The notes beneath the pieces were generated by a model that worked only from the letters and a program-made list of their open reading frames with translations, was not told where the DNA came from and made no database searches. The translations under genes and the position numbers were made by a program. Below, in pieces: positions 1 through 13,640 of a stretch of DNA of 64,000 nucleotides (the first letter of the stretch is position 1; every line of letters starts with the position of its first letter). The DNA is taken from the NCBI GenBank assembly GCA_016748015.1, contig JAAOMT010000436.1, positions 687,940 through 751,939 on the forward strand. The letters run 5' to 3'. This DNA is from Geosiphon pyriformis uo1 (taxonomy: Eukaryota; Fungi; Glomeromycota).

Positions 1-3000
1 CTGGTTTTAAAGCCAAATGAGATAAAATTTAGAGTTGATAAAATTATGATAAATTGAACAAGGAAACAAAAAGTTTTTTTTGTGTTAAATAATATATAAT
101 CTTATTAATATGTACTATTAAACTATATAAAAAATAATGTTTTTGCTAATATGATAAATAAGATCAGCATATATGAATTATTTTTGATAATTAATAATTT
201 GTTAGATAACAAAGCTGTTAGTCTATTTGGCATATTAAATGAGCTTTGAAAACATTATAATAATAAAATAATAGGATGTTTTTTGAGTTTACTAAACTTT
301 TTTTTGGTTTTTAATAAAGTTTTAATTCTTTAAAAAAGAGCTTAGGTCTTAATAATTTCTAAACTTTATAATTGAAATAGCATTTTAACAAACACACAAC
401 CTATTGCATTAAATAAAACAGCAAAAAAAATTTTGTTAAAGATTCTGTTAGACCAGATTTTGTTAGTTTATACCAGATATAATGTTTTTTGAGATGACAA
501 TTTTTTGGTTTTAAAGAGTATTTCAACTCAGTTTTTTGTATTTGCTATTTATTTGGTTGTAGAAAATGCTTTGAAAAAAAACTGCAAAATTTGATTAGTT
601 CTACAAAACATATACAAAGCTTATAATTTAGTTAAAAGATATTACTTAAAAGCTAGTTTAAAATATATCAAAATATATAGCAGATTTATTAAGTTTTTTG
701 GCAATATATACAAAAACAGAATCAATAAGATAATAACAGATTTTGGTCTTTTAAATAATTACAAAATACAAGATAGGCTTGATTATAGCAAGATATTTTC
801 ACTATTTTTGTGAAGAATTTTTTATAATCTTTTTTTATGTGAGGTTAAAAGACAAGGACATTTATATAGATATAGAATTAATACAAACTTTATAGCAAAA
901 ACAGGCAGAGTAAAAATGAATAAAGATAGATTTTTTTTTTGCAGCAGATGTATTTGTCAATAATACAATTTGAATAAAAAATAGTTAAGTATCAACACAG
1001 TATATTTTGAATATAATTAATAAGTTTTTTATAATTAATAACATTTTTATTAACAATAACAAAACTGCAATAATTCTTATTAATTAAAGAATTGTAAATG
1101 CTTCTTTATACATTAGTGGTTAGCCAATATTTATGGCCAAACATAACAAGTTTCACAAATATTTGAAGATATTTGTATTAATAAAAGACATGTCTAAGTC
1201 TAATCTTGTTAAAACACATTTTGATATTAAGTTTTTTTTTAATCTAATATTTAAAAAAACAGTATTAAATAAACAATTCTCATATTTGGTTTCAATAGTT
1301 TTATAGTCTATCATTAATTACTGAATGCAGTTCAGTTTTATATCTAAAAATATGTGTTAAAAATGTGATGTTATATTAAGAAAAAGATTAAAATTCAAGA
1401 CTAATCTATCAAAAAACTTCTCTAACAAAACTTTGTATCATCTTTCACTTTATAGATTAAAAATTTTTGAACAAATTCAGACAGAAAACAAAATTGTTTT
1501 TTTTGGTTATGTTTGCTAATACATTAAGAATTCTTAAATAATTGTTCAAGTATTGTTTTCTGAACTTGCAAATTTTGGAATAGACTTTATAAAATCTTTT
1601 ACAATATCTTATTAAGTTGAAAATTAGTTCTGTAAATAATTTTTTAGCAGATATTGTGAAATTTTTTTTGGATAACAAGATTTTTATAGCCAATAGCTTA
1701 TTTAATACTTTTTATGATTCAAAGCATTTTTTGATATTAGAAATTTTAGGGAACTTCTTTTATTATAATGTAATTTACTTTTTGAAGTACTTTGATATTA
1801 TTTTTAATAACAGATTGTTGAATAAATAGGGATTGGTTATGAGTTAAAAAACTTTTTGTTAAATAAAAAGACTAAGTTTTAGAAGTCCAATGTCATTGTA
1901 ATTTAAAAAGACTTTAACTTATATAAATAATTATGATATAAGTTTTAATAAGACTATTTTTGCTTCTAATTGCTCAAATTTCTTTTATTCATCTACTTTT
2001 TTAAATGTTTGTAATTATTTGTATGGATTGTGGGCTAAATTATTTAATGTTTATACAGATAGATCATTAAAATTATTAAGTATTATAGAAATAGTTGATA
2101 GAATAACAGTTTGTTTTTTTGATATTAAAATAGATATAAATATAAAAATAAATAGAATGTTATTTTTTATAATGTCAGAACTTCAAAAAATTGCTTTGGT
2201 ATTGAAGTGTATTTTTTCATTATGCTTAATAATAGTATATATAAACAGTTAAGCAGCTTTAAATACATGTGTTTTAAAATTAGTGCTTCTTTTATTGAAC
2301 TTTTAGAACAAATGCTGAGTAGAAAAACATTATATAATTAACTTAATCAGATTTAATAATATTTCTGTTAAGTGGATTAAAGATTACTTAAGGAATATTA
2401 ATAATAACAAAGCTAATAATCTTACATGTAATACAGCAATTTTTGGCTTTGTTTTTCTTATTGGGATTTGTAAAAAGTTCATTATGGCTAATGACTAAAT
2501 TGTATTAGAAAATGCTTGCCACTTTGATTGAAATATTTGCAGAATAATTTGTAGAGCTTAGTAAAAGACAGACTCAGATATAAAAGTTGTAAATAAGACA
2601 TTGGTTGGAATTATAAATTGGATTAATACAACAGCAGTTTGGCATTCAAACTTCCATATGCTGTCAGATTTTATAGACAAAATTTCAACAATTCTTTGCA
2701 CATATCTGATAAGACCAGTTTATAAAAAACTATCAGTTGCTATTAGAAAGAAGCTTTATAATAAAGATTATTCAGAGGTGTTGTGTTTAATATGTAATAA
2801 TATTGAATTGCCTGATTATGTATTTACTTGCTTGAAAAATACTTTGATATATTCTGAGATTTTGCTAAGCCATATTAATTTGTAAAAATTTTTAGTGGTT
2901 GAATGTTTTCTATTATTGTCTTTGGTATTGTGTATTCTTTTTTCAAGAATATTAAATATTAGTATTTATGTAAATTTATGTAAGAATTTTGTCTTTAAAA

Positions 3001-3458
3001 AGTAAATTGATAAGGCAGTTTTGGTTTTTGGGGATAAAAAAAAGCTGTATTGGTAGTAATCAATTTTGTTTGCCATTTGGCTAAAAAATATTGAAATAAG
3101 TTGTGATTGTTCAAAGTAAAATTTAGAGTAAACATAAAAAAAAGTGGATTAGTTAGTAATATAAAAGTAGTTAATACTGCTTTTTATGCTGTGTCTAATT
3201 GTTTATTAATAGAAGTTGTTTATTTGCTTAATATTGTTGAATTATTTGCTGTTAGTTTTGGTTTGTGCAAAACTTGTTTGTTTTTTTCAGATATTTGTAA
3301 TAATATAAGAATATATATAAGTGTATAGTATTGTTTTAATTAGTTTGAATAACCAGTTATATGTAAAAAGCACATAAATTATATTTAGTTAAACTTACTT
3401 AGTTTGTTTCTATATATTAGATAGTAGTTAGGTCATACTTGTTAAATATAAAAAAAAA
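1..3458 (+). mobile_element. Decayed non-LTR retrotransposon (LINE), 3' part: RT, RNase H, Cys/His finger, 3' UTR and A-tail
   Basis: Degenerate RT motifs ILTNTQPIAL..TAKKIL (~383-440), LVLQNIYKAYN (~595-630) and FVNNTI (decayed FVDD, ~953). RNase H start NVYTDRSL (~2046). CLICNNIELPDY finger (~2784). ORF ends ~3328, followed by a 3' UTR shared with other copies and an A-run at ~3449-3458. Many stops. Confidence 0.8.
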
Positions 3459-3780
3459 GACAGCTTAGTTACTATTTAACATACAGAATTAAACTATGTA
3501 ATCTTAACTAAATATAATTTATACACTTACTACATATAATTAGCTACTTAAGCTAATTTAAACAATACTATGTATCTATATAAACTATTGAACTACTATT
3601 AATACCAAAAAAAAAACATAAGGCAAATGTTTATTAAAGCTTATTGTTATGAATTTAATAATATCAAGTATATAAACTACTTTATCTAATAAAATAAACT
3701 ACCTTATCTAATAAATCCAAATGTAATTTAATAGCCAACTTATTAACTCAGCTTTTTTTGTTTCCAATTTATTTTTCATA
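3459..3780 (-). mobile_element. LINE 3'-terminal remnant, tail-to-tail with the preceding copy
   Basis: The reverse complement contains TAGTATTGTTT.AATTAG...TAAATTATATTTAGTTAA, the same 3' UTR as 3326-3450. Right boundary approximate. Confidence 0.65.
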
Positions 3781-3870
3781 TTAGCATATTATATCTTATG
3801 ATAATAAAAATTAACCAAATGGTAAGAAAAATTAATCAGTACATAAATAGCTTCTTTTTTATTGTTATAT

Positions 3871-4502
3871 TGTTATGGTTGAAACCCATAATTTTTATTA
3901 GTTATCACATGTATTAGTCACTGATGTCATATAATTAGCCACTCTATTTTTAGATAATGATTATTGACCTAATCATTGACTACTTTCAATAGCTATATAA
4001 GCGATAAGTCTTTTAGCTATAGAAAATCATCTCTCAGACAAAAATCAAATAAATAAAAATAACAACTTTCATCTCAATTACTCTCTTATTACTAATTTTC
4101 CTTTCCCTACTTTCAAGTATCCAAATATCTTAGGATAAAAAATTACTTGTTGGTCTTTTCTTGTTTGAATAATTGTAGTATTTGAAGACTATTTGTATAA
4201 ACATGACTGAAGAGCACAAGTTGATACCTGATATTGAATTCTAAGAGTGCCGACATAAAAGCATAGAATTAATACCAGCGGTGATCAATTGTTGACAGTA
4301 TGGACTATCTCTTTACCTTCAAATTCCCCAGTTATCTTTGAAAAGAATAGCGACTGAGATATTTTATGAGACTGATCTTGCATATTGAATCCATACTCAT
4401 TCAATTTGCTCTTTAAAATTGAATTCCCTTTTGATTATTTCTATCACCCTACAATCCTGTTTTCCCTTGCTATCCATTAGCTTGTTACTTCAACCCATAA
4501 CA
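3871..4502 (+). repeat. Gypsy-1 5' LTR (632 bp)
   Basis: TGTTATGG...CATAACA. Colinear with 10793-11533. TATATAA at ~3994. Confidence 0.92.
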
Positions 4503-4508
4503 TAAAAG

Positions 4509-4525
4509 TAGTGCTCCCTGTGAGG
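4509..4525 (+). promoter_or_regulatory. Primer-binding site of Gypsy-1
   Basis: T(A)GTGCTCCCTGTGAGG, 6 nt after the LTR. Complementary to a tRNA ending CCTCACAGGGAGCACCA (Ile-UAU- or elongator-Met-like; identity not determined). Confidence 0.75.
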
Positions 4526-4554
4526 TTGTCAAAATTCACTTATTTCCTTATTGT

Positions 4555-7500
4555 ATGGGTAATTACTCATATTTGCCATAGCAATTAGAAGAACACTTTG
4601 CAGTACACAACAGAAACGACTTGGATTTCATTGAACTTAATTCTCTGCCCTCCTGCTTGATCTGTTTTCCCATTGAAGAACAATCCAGCAGACAATTCCA
4701 AGACTTTTAGAACTGGTTCCTGAATGAGCATTCAGCTGAAACCTACACAGCCTACACAATCTATTACTTTGACCAAGCTTACTTTGAAAACAACTTTGAA
4801 GAAAAAAACAACAATATTAATCAGCTCTTATACTCAGCAACCTTTGAACAACAACCTTCTGAATTCGAATATCTAAATCACCAAATTCACATCTGGATTA
4901 CTGCCCATCAATTAGCTGAAACCTCTTTTGAAACAGAAAAAGAAAGTTACCAAACCACTCTTATTTTTGATTTCTTCCCAAGTGATTCAGATCATTCCAC
5001 TCAAACAGTAACTCCTGAACCAATGGTCTAAGATCCAATGCAAGCAAACATTTTAGCCGCCCTCCAAGGCATACAAACTGCTTTGGGGCAAAGAAACAAC
5101 ATCCCATTACCATTATTTAGAGGTGATACACAAGATCTAATTGAATGGTTGGACAATTTTGAAAGAGCAACCATTGCCAACTAATATGATAATGAGTACA
5201 AGTTCCAAATTGTTGGTGGCTACCTTCAAGGCTCTCCTGCCACATGGTTTTCACAAGAAACCAATGCCAATGTCCAGCACAGAATTATCAAATAGATACC
5301 AGCAGATGCAGAAGAAAACAATACCTCTTTCACTACCCAGTTTGAAAACAAGTTCAGAACCCCAATCTTAATATCTAAATGGTGCATGGAACTGGAAAAA
5401 AGAACCCAAAGTCCTGATGAAGTTGTAACCAAATATGCCAAAGCAAACAGAAAGTTAATCAAGTAAGTAGACTCTGGAAGAAACTGGACAGAAGAACAAA
5501 AGATTTACTCCTTTACAAAAGGATTGAAAACTAACTTATCTTATGCTCTTTGGCCTTTCTTGGCTCTAAAAAACAACTCTACAATGGATATGGCTATTGA
5601 ACTCACCCAAAGGATTGAAAATAACCAAAAGATGCATCTGGGATCCACACTTCCAGTTTTTGCTCCTGCTCCTGTCATGGCCCCTGCTCCTCAAGTAGCT
5701 GCTACTTTTTTTGCTGCCCAAACCCAAGACCCAAATGAACAATTGATAGATAGACTCACAGCTAATTTTGTCTGGTTATTAGAACCATTGGCACAAGCAG
5801 TCAGAGATAATTAGCAATCTCCCTATCAAAGACAGCAAAATCATGGCCCACCTGTGTGCTATTGTTGTGGATTAACTGGATATTATTCAAGAGATTATAA
5901 CAATCCTCCACTGCCTTCTTCAGCTCCCAGAAACAATAACAACCAAAACAACAGACCCAACAACAACAACAATGTCCCCAATCAAAGACCTAATCATGCC
6001 AACATCAATTTTTTTGGAGAGGATCTCCTAGTTGAAGTTGCTGTTTATCAGCCTTTAAACTAGTAGGCACATTTCCAAAAAGTGAGAGTACAAGCCAACC
6101 AGAAAAAAACTCCTTTTATGCTTTTAACTTAACTGATAATGACTATAACATAGATGAACTAGCAATCAACACCTCAGAACCAACCAGAAAGAAGAAGAAA
6201 GCCAAGGTTGATTTCGTTCTAGACCCCAACAAAGCCTCAACTTCTGCCGCTGATAACAATGAGCCACCAAAGGCTAAAGTTTTTAAGAATTCTCCAAAGT
6301 TGGAATCCCCAGAAATTGTACAAAAATCTGGACCCTATTCCATTGTTAAAGATATCATGGAAACCTCAGCACATATTACCTTTGGCCAGTTAATAACCCA
6401 CCCACAGTTTAGAAAGGATTTTCACAAATCCTTGATTCCAAAAAAGAAGACACCAAAAACCAACAAGCGTCCTCACCAAGCTGAACTTGCTGACAATAGC
6501 AATGTTATCCCTCTGATTTGTAAAGCCCAAGTGGCTGAATACTTCATTGACTTAATTCTAGACAGTGAATCATCTGTTAGTGTTATTGCCAAACACTTTT
6601 TGGAAGCAATTGGTAAAAGGATTGATAAACTTTCCACTAGACCAATAACCAACATACATGATGACAAAAAGAAAGGACTGGGTATTGCCAAAGCTGTTTC
6701 TGTCCACATCAATGGAATCAGTATTGAAACTGACATGGAAGTTTCTGAAGCCAAGGAATACACCATCATTGTTGGCAATGAATGGTTCAAGAAAACAAAA
6801 GCTTTACTTGATTATGAACTTTGTGAATTAACCATCAGATATGGTGAGAAACCCATTGTGGTTAAGTGTTGCCATTGAACAACTTTCCCAGTACCCAAAC
6901 AAAACCAAGAAGAAGAACAATCAGATAAATCAGATGATGAAGAGAGCAATGAAGAAAAAGAACAAGAAGAGCAAGAAGAAACTACTAAACTCGCCTATAC
7001 TACCTTCACCAGCAATGGCAAACCACTGAACAATGTTAAAGCAGACAAAGAAGAAATCATTGTAAATGGCAAGCTGATCTGCTGGCTTTATTATGATATT
7101 CTTAAAAGAACTTTTGAAAGAAAACCTGGCAAGAAAGCCAAATACAGTTTTTGGTAGTATGGTCCTTGTGCCCAGTGTTGGTGCAACAAACTCTTGTATT
7201 CTCCAAGCAATGAATGCAAATCATGTCTGATCTATTACAAAGATTGGGAACCAATCAGTTTGATACCCAGAGAAGAATTGAAAGAAGTACAGAAGTCCTT
7301 TGAGAATGAACCACCTGAGATCCAATCACTGGTTGTAGAACAAAAAAAACCTTCTCCAGAAGAAAGAAAAATAGACATTGAAAATTTGCTGGCTAGAAAT
7401 AGCCCAGTTATTTCCAAAAAAGATGATACCCCTGGATGTACCCATGTAATACAACACACCATCACCACCAGAGAAACTCAACTCATCCATTTGAAGCCTT

Positions 7501-8747
7501 ATCAATCCAATCAGCACAATGATGAGTTTATCAAGAAAGAGATAAACTGGATGAAAAAACTTGAATTCATACAAGAAACCAAGAGTGAATGGGCTTTCCC
7601 AGTTGTAGTGATATCCAAGAAAGGTGGAACACTATGCTTCTGTGTCAACTACTGCCAATTAAATGCCATTACTGAAAGAGACATGTACCCACTTTCCAAG
7701 ATTGATGCAATATTAGATCAATTCAAAGATGCTGCTTTCTTTTCAATTATTGACTTAACTGCTGGATTCTGGCAAGTAGAGATGGATCCAGAAAGCAGAA
7801 AGAAAACTGCCTTCATTATCAAGTATGGCACCTATGAATTCACAGTCATGCCTTTTGGTCTTACCAATGCCCCTTCCACCTTTCAATGCTTAATGGATAA
7901 AGTATTTGAATCAGTCAAGGAAAACTTTGTTCTAGTCTATTTGAACGACATAATGGTATACTCAAAAACCTGGAATGAACATCTGGAACATTTACAAAAG
8001 GTTTTTGACCTCTTCAGAAATGCTGGCCTCAAAATCAACCCAATCAAATCTTTCTTTAGAAGACAATCCACCCAGTTTCTTGGTTATCTTATCACAAAAG
8101 ATGGAATTTTTTCTGACCCAGCCAAAGTTAAAAAAGTCCAAAACATCAAACAACCAATAAACATTTATGAACTATGTTTTTTTCTTGGTTTGGCCTCTTA
8201 TTATCGCAAATTTGTCAAGAATTTTTCCAAAATTGCCTTTCCTCTCAATCAGCTATTCAAGAAAAATGTCAATTACCATTGGAGAACACATTAGCAAAAA
8301 GCCTTTGAAACTTTAAAGAAAAAACTGGTTACAGAACCCATTCTCAAGCAATCTAATCTAGATTGACTCTTTATTCTTCACACTGATGCATCTGGCTTTG
8401 AACTTGGTGCTGTTTTCTCTCAGAAAAATGAAGATGGCAAAGAACATGCCATAGTCTATGTCAGTAGAACTCTTTCTCCAGCAGAACAGAACTATTCAGT
8501 CACTGAACAAGAATGCTTAGCAGTAGTATGGTCCACCAGTTACTGGAGTAAGTATTTTCTTGGTGTGAAGTTTTTGGTGGTAACAGATCACCAAGCTTTG
8601 GTTTGGCTGTGCAACAAAAAGAGGCTAGAACACAAACAGATAACTCGCTGGATACTCCACTTGGATAAATTTGACTATGATATTTAACATTGCAAAGGAG
8701 CTAATCATCAAAATGCCAATGCTCTCTCCAGACTTACTATCCAGTAA
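4555..8747 (+). pseudogene. Gypsy-1 gag (capsid, CCHC knuckle) and pol (protease, Zn finger, RT, RNase H), disrupted
   Basis: CYCCGLTGY knuckle (~5857), protease LILDSES (~6552), RT motifs FCVNY, MPFGLTNAPSTFQ and VYLNDIMV, RNase H LHTDASG...NANALSRL* (stop 8745-8747). Frame change at TTTAAAC-TAG (6054-6063). Confidence 0.88.
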
Positions 8748-8814
8748 CAGAACAATTCTCTTAAACCAAACCAACTTAATTATTAGTAATTTCCCTTTTT
8801 TGACAAACACGATA

Positions 8815-10128
8815 ATGGACTTGGACAACTATTCTGTCTTAATGGAATTTTTGGGTAAAGGACAATACTTACCAAAATACACATAACAACAAAGAGAACA
8901 TTTGCACAAACAATCAAATTTCTATTTAATTTGCTAGAACCAACTTTATAAAAAAAATAGAAAAGATTCTGATCATCCTCAGAGAGTCATCAGATTTGAA
9001 GAAAGAGAAATTGTGATCTACAATATGTATACTGATCTATTAGCTGGACACTTTGGAAAAACAAAAACAATTCAGAAAACTCTAGCTTGCTATTATTGGC
9101 CTACCTTGGGAAAAAACATTGCTGAATACATTAAAACCTGTGATATCTGCCAAAGAAGAGGAAAACCCAATCACAAAGAAGATATTCATCCAATCTTTGT
9201 TGGTCAACCCTTTGACAGAATTGGTATAGATGTTGTTAAACCTTTAACAATAACTCCTGATGGCAACAGATATATTATCACAGCTACTGACTATCTTACA
9301 AAGTGGGTAGAAGCAAGAACCACTCCAGACCAAACAGCAGTTTCAATAGCCAATTTCATTTATGAAGATATCATTTGTTGTCATGACTGCTCCAAAGAAC
9401 TTTTATCTGACAGAGGAAGAGCTTTTCTCAGTACACTTGTTGAAGAACTTTGCAGAAAAATGGGAATACATTACAAACTTTCCTCTTCTTATCACTCCCA
9501 AACAAATGGCCTAGTAGAACATTTCAATAGAACACTATGTAAAACCCTAGCCAAAACCAGCAAAGAAACAAACTTATGGGACAAAGTACTGCCTTCAGCT
9601 TTGTTTGCTTATAGAACTGTAAATCATGACATAACAAGTTATGAACCCTTTTATTTACTCTATGGACAAATGGCAACCCTACTAATAAAAACTGACATTG
9701 AGACAATACTCTTTGAAGAAATAACAATAGAAAATTACAAAGACATTTTGCAAAGAAGACTTGGTATTATTCTTGACTCATTAGTAGAAGCACAAATAAT
9801 TGTCTTTGAAAAGATAAAACCATTCTAAGAGAAGCTTAAAAAAAAGAAAACATATAAAACACTTTCCTTAAGTGTTGGCAACTTAGTTTTAGAATACCGT
9901 TCAGACAGAGACAATGTCTATGGTAATAAATTCTTTAACTGGTAGAAAGGACCCTTTATAGTCAACAAAGTTTTAAACAATAGTTTTTATATTTTACAAG
10001 ATCAATATGGAACAATCTTCAATAATTGCCTTGTTCATGACACATGACTCAAGAAATATCACAAATGACCTGATTGGTTATTTGTTGTGGTAATACTGAC
10101 CCAAATGATCAACAAAAATCAGATATAA
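8815..10128 (+). pseudogene. Gypsy-1 integrase (separate ORF)
   Basis: ATG 8815. Zn-finger AGHFG...CDICQR, DDE core GIDVV / LSDRG / NGLVEHFN, and a GPF motif. No chromodomain seen. Confidence 0.88.
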
Positions 10129-10169
10129 ATAAATGCATCATTTTCAAAACAGAGATATCTTCAATCGAT

Positions 10170-10790
10170 ATAAACAATTATTTCCTAGATCAAAACATTC
10201 AAAACATTTTCTACACTCTTCATGAGCACTAGATCAAAAATTATCCAAATGCTACTCTGATCATTGGAAAACAAACCATCATAACTGATAACAGTGGAAC
10301 ACATACTGTTATTAGACCAAAGAAAACCACTACCAGAAGAGAAAAAATTAGCAAAATAGATAAGTATTTGCTGGAAAACATAACAGTAACAATACTTACA
10401 CCTTCTATGACAATTGAAAAAATGATTAAGAAAATCTTGCCCATAGACAAAAACTTGTCATATGAAAGACAACTAGAACTCTATGGTTGTCTTGGTAAAA
10501 TCATAGAAGAAATGAAGCTCATGAAGAAAACAACTTCAAAGATACAAGTGGAAATTTTGGGCATTATACATTTAGATATCCCAAGAGTTTTGACTATTAC
10601 AAGAAGAGCCAAAACTTTTATACAAAGATTTGGTCTCTTGGATACAAAGCTTATTTTGTCTCAAGTACTATACACTCTATTCACAAAAGACTTCAACAAA
10701 TTAGTTAGTTTTAAGTTAGACAAAACCCTTCAATTAAAATACTCTATAAATAGCTTGATTTTGCCGGAGCTTAATCTCTTTGGAGAGAAT
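10170..10790 (+). pseudogene. Gypsy-1 accessory ORF3, unknown function
   Basis: Long nearly open frame between IN and the PPT (includes most of ORF 10368-10823). TATAAATA at 10124-10131. Start codon probably decayed (ATA at 10170); boundaries inferred. Confidence 0.55.
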
Positions 10791-10792
10791 GA

Positions 10793-11533
10793 TGTTATGG
10801 TTGAAACTCATAATTTTTATTAGTTATCACATGTATTAGCCACTAATGTCATATAATTAGCCACTCTATTTTTAGATAGTAATCATTGATCTAATCAATG
10901 ATCTGACCATTGACCTAATCATTGACCTGATTATTGACTTAATCAATAATCTGATCATTGACCTGATCATTGACCTGATCATTGACTTAGTTGTTGACCT
11001 GGTCATTGACCACTTTCAATAACTATATAAGCGATGAGTCTCTTAGTTATAGAAAATCATCTCTTAGACAAGAATCAAATAAATAAAAATAACAACTTTT
11101 ATCTTAATCACTCTCTTATTGCTAATTTCTCTTTCTCTACCTTCAAGTATCCGAACATTTTAGGATAAAAAATTACTTGTTGGTCTTTTCCTGTTTGAAT
11201 AATTGTAGTATTTGAAAACTATTTGTATAAACATAACTGAAGAGCACAAGTTGATACCTGATATTTGAATTCTAAGAGTGCTGATGTGAAGGCATAGAAT
11301 TAATACCAGTGGTGATTAATTGTTAACAGTACAGACTATCCCTCTACTTTCAGATTCCCCAGTTATCTTTGAAAAAAATAGCGACTAAGATATTTTATGA
11401 GACTGATCTTGCACATTGAATCTATACTTATTCAATTCACTCTTTAAAGTTGAATTCCTCTTTGATTATTTCCATCACTCTATAATCCTGTTCTTCCTTG
11501 CTATCTGTTAGCTTGTTACTCCAACCTGTAACA
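10793..11533 (+). repeat. Gypsy-1 3' LTR (741 bp) with 12-bp tandem array; PPT at 10782-10792
   Basis: TGTTATGG...TGTAACA, preceded by GGAGAGAATGA. About 11 copies of TCATTGACCTGA at ~10880-11010. Confidence 0.92.
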
Positions 11534-12312
11534 ATATATTATCAAAACATTTTTAAATCAAGATTTAAGAATAAATTTTTTGTAAAACACCATATATAGA
11601 AAAAAATTTTATAACAAAAAATATCCAAATATTTTGTGTTTACAGTATAAAAAAATTGAGTTTTTTAATCATGTGTTTATGTATTTTAAAGAGTTTGATT
11701 TTTGTAAAAAAATTTTGCTTGACCAGATTGTGGTTTAAAAGTTTTTGACAGGATCTTGTTTTATATTTTTTTCTATGATTGTGGAATTTTTTTTCTTATG
11801 TTTGTCAAATATTGGTCTATACACACTTTTTGTAAAGACTTTGTATTTAAGAATTAATATGATAAAACTGTACAGATGTTTGAAGATCATAAGAAGACTG
11901 TTTAAATTTTGGTTGATTTTGTATGTAGTTTGGGTAAATAGTATTATTTTAATTTATAGAAGTTCAGATCTAAATACAAGACAAATATAAAAAAATGTGA
12001 TTTGGTCAATAATTTTAAAATAGTACTTATTGTATTTGGTAATTTGGTGTCAAGTTTATTAAATAGAATAATTAGATTAATTAATATTAATAAGTTTTTT
12101 GAAATTAGCTTTGATTTTTGCAAACTTTGCTTGTTTTATTTTGGTCTGAATAGTAATGTAATAGTTTATATAAGAGCTTAGTATTGTTTTAATTGGTTTG
12201 AGTAACTGGTTACATGTAATAAAAACATAAATTGCATATAGCTAAAATTCTTAGTTTTGACTTTGTATACTAAATAGTAATTGAACTGTATTTATTAAAT
12301 CTTAATAAAAAA
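11534..12312 (+). mobile_element. LINE 3' remnant (host of Gypsy-1; its upstream part is ~3790-3870)
   Basis: KKFYNKKYPNILCLQY..IEFFNHVFM finger region, 3' UTR TAGTATTGTTTTAATTGG and a short A-tail. Confidence 0.7.
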
Positions 12313-12399
12313 TATATATATAATATTTTTAATATAATATTTTTTAAGTTAATATTAATTATAAAAGTTTAATAATATCAAAGTTATTATAAATATACA

Positions 12400-13640
12400 A
12401 ATATCTAAAACATATTTTAAAATTAATAAAATTATTTATAATTTAACTAATATTAAAAAAACCAAATTTAATATTTTAATATTAATATTTAAGCCAAAAC
12501 ATGAAAAAAATACAGCTGTTTTACTATTTATAACAGATATACTTAGTAATTTTAAAAAACCATTAGTAAATATATTTATAATTTTTAATTTTTTACTTAT
12601 TAAACTCATATTAATAACAATAAAATTAACCAATCTATATATATTATTAAGATAAAAATCACAAAACTAAGATAAATTAACACTACTAAAAACTTTTTAC
12701 TTTAAAAAATAAATTACTTAAACACAAAACTTTTAAAATCTAGTTTTTTCTAATAATAAAAACACTTCTAATTAAAATACACATTTTTTTGTTTAACAAT
12801 TGTTTAATAAATGCAATTCCAAATTTTTTTAAAAAGCAAAAAACATCAAAAAAACAGAAGTATTCAAAATAATTAAAATTAGTATATTATCAATAAAATA
12901 AAAAGTATTAAGCATATTATTAGTAAAAAAATATTATAATCCAAAAAGATTTTTGTAATACTAACCAAAAATTGTTCTTAAAGTTAATTTTTAATTTAAT
13001 AAGATATTGCAAAGAATATTTTAATATCCAATTAAGTATTTGTAAGTTCAAACTACAATAATTAAAAAGCCTATTTAAAATGTTTTTTATGTTTAAAAAA
13101 ACCACTACAAAAACCATTTTACTTTTTGTTTGAATTTGCTCAAATATTTTTAAATTATAAAAAAAAGATAATAGATGGCTTCATTGAAAAAATTATTAAA
13201 CAATCCAGCTTTTAATTTTAAGTCTTTTTTAATAATAATGTTCTATTTATTGTATACACTCTTCGAAATAAAGCTAAATTGAGACCTATAACTTATAATG
13301 AACTGTAAAACTGTTAACACTAAATAATAAAATTGTTTATTTGAAATAGCCTTTCTCAAAATCTTGTTTGAAAAAAGTCTAACATTTACATTTGTTTTAG
13401 CTAAGCTGGACTTAGTAAATAAGAAAATACCAAGATACTTATGTAATTTATTCTTTTTTGCTATTGAGATTGGGGATTTACTAATGCTTAAGAAGACAAT
13501 CTGAACTCTCTGATTGATAGAAATAGCCACGGTGTTATCAACAAAAGCTCCAGTTATCAATAAAACTGCTGCATGGTTGGCTGGTTTGGTTCCTGGTAGT
13601 AATAGTTTGGTTGGGATTTCTCCTGTAGATTCAACGTAGT
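12400..13640 (-). mobile_element. LINE remnant (RT through RNase H)
   Basis: ORF 13243-13560 GAFVDNT...HKYLGIFL...KAISNKQFYYLV. ORF 12436-12633 INIFTNGFL..TAVFF resembles the RNase H start. Boundaries approximate. Confidence 0.7.

Larger units (their letters stand above)
3871..11533 (+). mobile_element. Full-length decayed Ty3/Gypsy LTR retrotransposon (Gypsy-1, no dUTPase)
   Basis: Paired LTRs TGTTATGG...TAACA, 4-bp TSD ATAT (3867-3870 and 11534-11537), PBS, PPT, and domain order gag-PR-RT-RH-IN. Inserted in a + strand LINE fragment. Confidence 0.93.

Noticed and set aside
4555-4575. Myristoylation signal at the Gypsy-1 Gag start (MGNYSY)
   Set aside because: Ser is not at the usual position 6, and the ATG itself could be a decay product.
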